DNA from: Microbotryum violaceum
Lineage: Eukaryota
Reading direction: 5' to 3'
DNA length: 64,000 bases
NCBI GenBank assembly: GCA_001244265.2
Contig: CDLV01000011.1
Coordinates: 62,001 to 126,000 of the forward strand
This document shows, piece by piece, positions 61,560 to 64,000 of the stretch. Numbering within the stretch: position 1 is the stretch's first letter; every line of letters begins with the position of its first letter. The position numbers and the translations under genes are program-made. The notes under the pieces are model-generated. The model worked only from the letters and a program-made list of their open reading frames with translations, was not told the DNA's origin and made no database searches.

Positions 61560-64000
61560 ATGACAGCGTAACCGAACAAGCAGACTCTTCCGGATGAGGT
61601 CGATGTGATTGTAGTCGGAGGTGAGCAATAGTTAGTAATCCGACTGCTCCCTCGCTCAGGACCAACCCCACGCCCGCACCACCCCACACCCGCGGCGTTA
61701 CGCGGTGTCGCGGCCTTCTTTGGAGCTGCTCCGCACTACGCCGCATATCTTTCTCTCGAGCATATGATTCTGACCCCCTCACTTGCGTGTACTCGTAAAT
61801 TCAGGTGGTAGTGCAGGCTGTGTCGTAGCTGGTCGTCTGGCTCAAGCATCGCCTGAGCTGAGCATTGCTCTCATCGAGCACGGCATTGTAAGCCAAACAA
61901 GTCACTTTGTGGGGAACGTGATATTCAGTTTTAACGATGACGCCCGCAGAACAATGACAAGGTGATCGAATCTCACCAACCGGGGTACTACTCCCGCCAC
62001 ATTGCCCCTACCTCTACCAATGGTACGTTGCTCATAGGCTGCCACTTTAGTGCTAGCCCTCAGCTTTTTGTAATGATCGGATCCCGCACGGAAACTGATC
62101 GCCGAACTTGAAATGCGGGGACTTTTTAATGATGGCCCGGTTGGCACTACAGCCACGTGAGTTGTGAAAACCCGTTGCCTCACATTCGCTATTTTTTGGT
62201 AACAGTTCTCGGTTTCTCTAGCTGACCCATGTTGTTGCTTATACCTTTCCCTCCCGCCTTGATTGGCCCGCTGCCGGATCGCTTGCGCCACCGGCCGCCA
62301 CTCCGAACCACGAATAGCTTTTACCAAACTGTTCCCGACGATAAGACCAACGGTCGGGCCGTGGTCGTTGCAGCAGGCGGTTTGCTCGGTGGTGGATCTT
62401 CCATCAACTTTGTGAGCCTCTCGTCTGATGGAAGTACTCGATACTGTTCAGCGACGTAATGTTGACGAACCAGGCAAGTTCTTCCGCTCTCGGCCCCGCA
62501 GCAACTGTACACGCGTGCTTCAGCATCCGACTACGATGACTGGAACACCGAAGGCTGGGCTTTCAAGGATCTCTTACCCCTCGCTTGTAAGACGGAGACC
62601 AACACCCTGCAAGACCAAGACTGGGAAGTCCATGGCAGGAATGGCCCTCTTGGCGTGTCGTACGGCGGGAGCGAATCCGCGCTCGGCGAAGAATGGATCA
62701 GGGCTGCTGCTGAGTGCTGGCCCGAGTTGCCCTTCACTTATGATGCTCAGGTTCGTAGGCTTCGGATTATGCAGTGTCTGACTACCACCAATTAACCGCT
62801 CTATCTCTTCTGGATTGTCAGGACTTCAAAACGGGCCACGCTGGTGAGTGAGCTCCGCATTGGAAGCGCTGTCGGATTGAGCTAAAAGTGGAGCCTGTCT
62901 CAAAATCAGTGTCCAAGTCGGGCAAGTGGATTGATCAAAAGGGGCACCGCTCCGATGCTGCCCATGGCTTCATCCACCCGATCCTCGAGTCGTACCCCAA
63001 ACTCAAGCTCATCACCGAACACAAGACGATCCGCGTCGTTTTCGACGAGTCCGGCGACGAGCCCCGAGCTATCAGCGTCGAAGTGTGCTTCAACCCGTTG
63101 GCTCGCAATGCGATGGATCCCGAGAACCCGCCCAAAGTGAAGAGGCGGAAAATTATCAAGGCGAAGAAATATGTCGTCCTCAGTGCAGGTGCCCTCTCTA
63201 CGCCCGCGATCTTGGAGCGTTCCGGCGTCGGCAAGGCTGGTGTCCTGAAGGAGGCTGGCGTCGACAAGGTCGTTAGCGAGCTCAACGGTGTAGGAGAGAA
63301 TTACAACGACCATCAGCTCGCGAGTGCAATTTATGTTCTTGCTGATGAGGCTGATACCCTTTGCGAGCTTCTGCGCGGCACGCCCGAGGTCGTTGAAGCT
63401 GAGTCTGCTCTGGGGGCGAACGGAGGCGCAGGTCGCATCGCAACCAACGGCATTGATGCCGCGGTTAAACTTCGCCCGACCGATCAAGAAGCGAAGAAGA
63501 TGGGCCCGGATTTTCAGAAACGCTGGGAGGACAAGCTCCGATGCAAAAGATAAGACCGTGATGAGTGGCATGTCGCTTGACAGCATGGTTCGCAAACGAC
63601 TGCGCAGGCACTGACCTCTTTCCACGTTGTAGGCGTGCTGGTCGGAACGTTCTTAGGCGGTCACCACAATCTTCCTCCCCAGGATAAGTATGCTATGATC
63701 TGCCAATTCGACAATCACCGTGGTGACAAGTCCTGTGGCAGCGTGCACATCAATTCAAGCGACCCCTTCGCGATGCCGACCTTCGATGCTGCCTTCTTGC
63801 GCGACCCCGCGGATCTTCCCGTCCACGTGTGGGCGTACAAGCGATTGAGGGAGATAATCCGCCGCATGCCTTCTTACCGTGGCGAATTTGCGCCGATCTC
63901 GCCCGCGTTCCCCGAAGGTGAAGCGCGCTGCTTGTCGAAGGAAGAGGCGGCAAAGCTCGTCGGTAAGAAATTGGACGACATCGCTTACACCGCTGAAGAT
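61560..64000 (+). pseudogene. Tandem alcohol-oxidase-like paralogue, disrupted (runs off the window end)
   Basis: Collinear with 58614-61049, but codon 4 is TAA (61569-61571) and an apparent 2-nt loss near 63539 leads to TAA at 63551. Confidence 0.75.

Noticed and set aside
1-64000. tRNA, rRNA, snoRNA or CRISPR arrays
   Set aside because: No cloverleaf, rRNA-like or repeat-spacer pattern recognised by eye; tRNAscan-SE/Rfam would be needed to exclude small RNAs.

Overview
Gene-dense, intron-rich fungal DNA. The GTRAGT donors, CTRAC branch points, many micro-exons and gene content suggest a basidiomycete, probably a Microbotryomycetes-type yeast; the taxon is inference. It holds about 15 intact-looking genes: NTO1/BRPF-like, a Zn2Cys6 transcription factor, a ferric reductase, a DMT transporter, SNT2, an MP88-like secreted protein, VPS5, an FAD oxidoreductase, VMA21, a 2OG-Fe(II) dioxygenase, STN1, BRF1, a probable mitochondrial hypothetical protein, a multi-START protein and a GMC alcohol-oxidase-like gene. 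A disrupted tandem paralogue of the last gene runs off the window end. The standout is a 1.4-kb internally deleted Ty1/Copia element (38851-40275) with both LTRs, PBS, PPT and TSD. Most of its interior is a near-perfect ~230-bp gag-derived hairpin, and it sits 73 bp upstream of VMA21, making it a candidate hairpin-siRNA 'killer' locus. The first 2.7 kb holds decayed coding fragments arranged as two diverged inverted repeats. Gene models and protein assignments come from reading the sequence by eye and recognising motifs; no database search was run.
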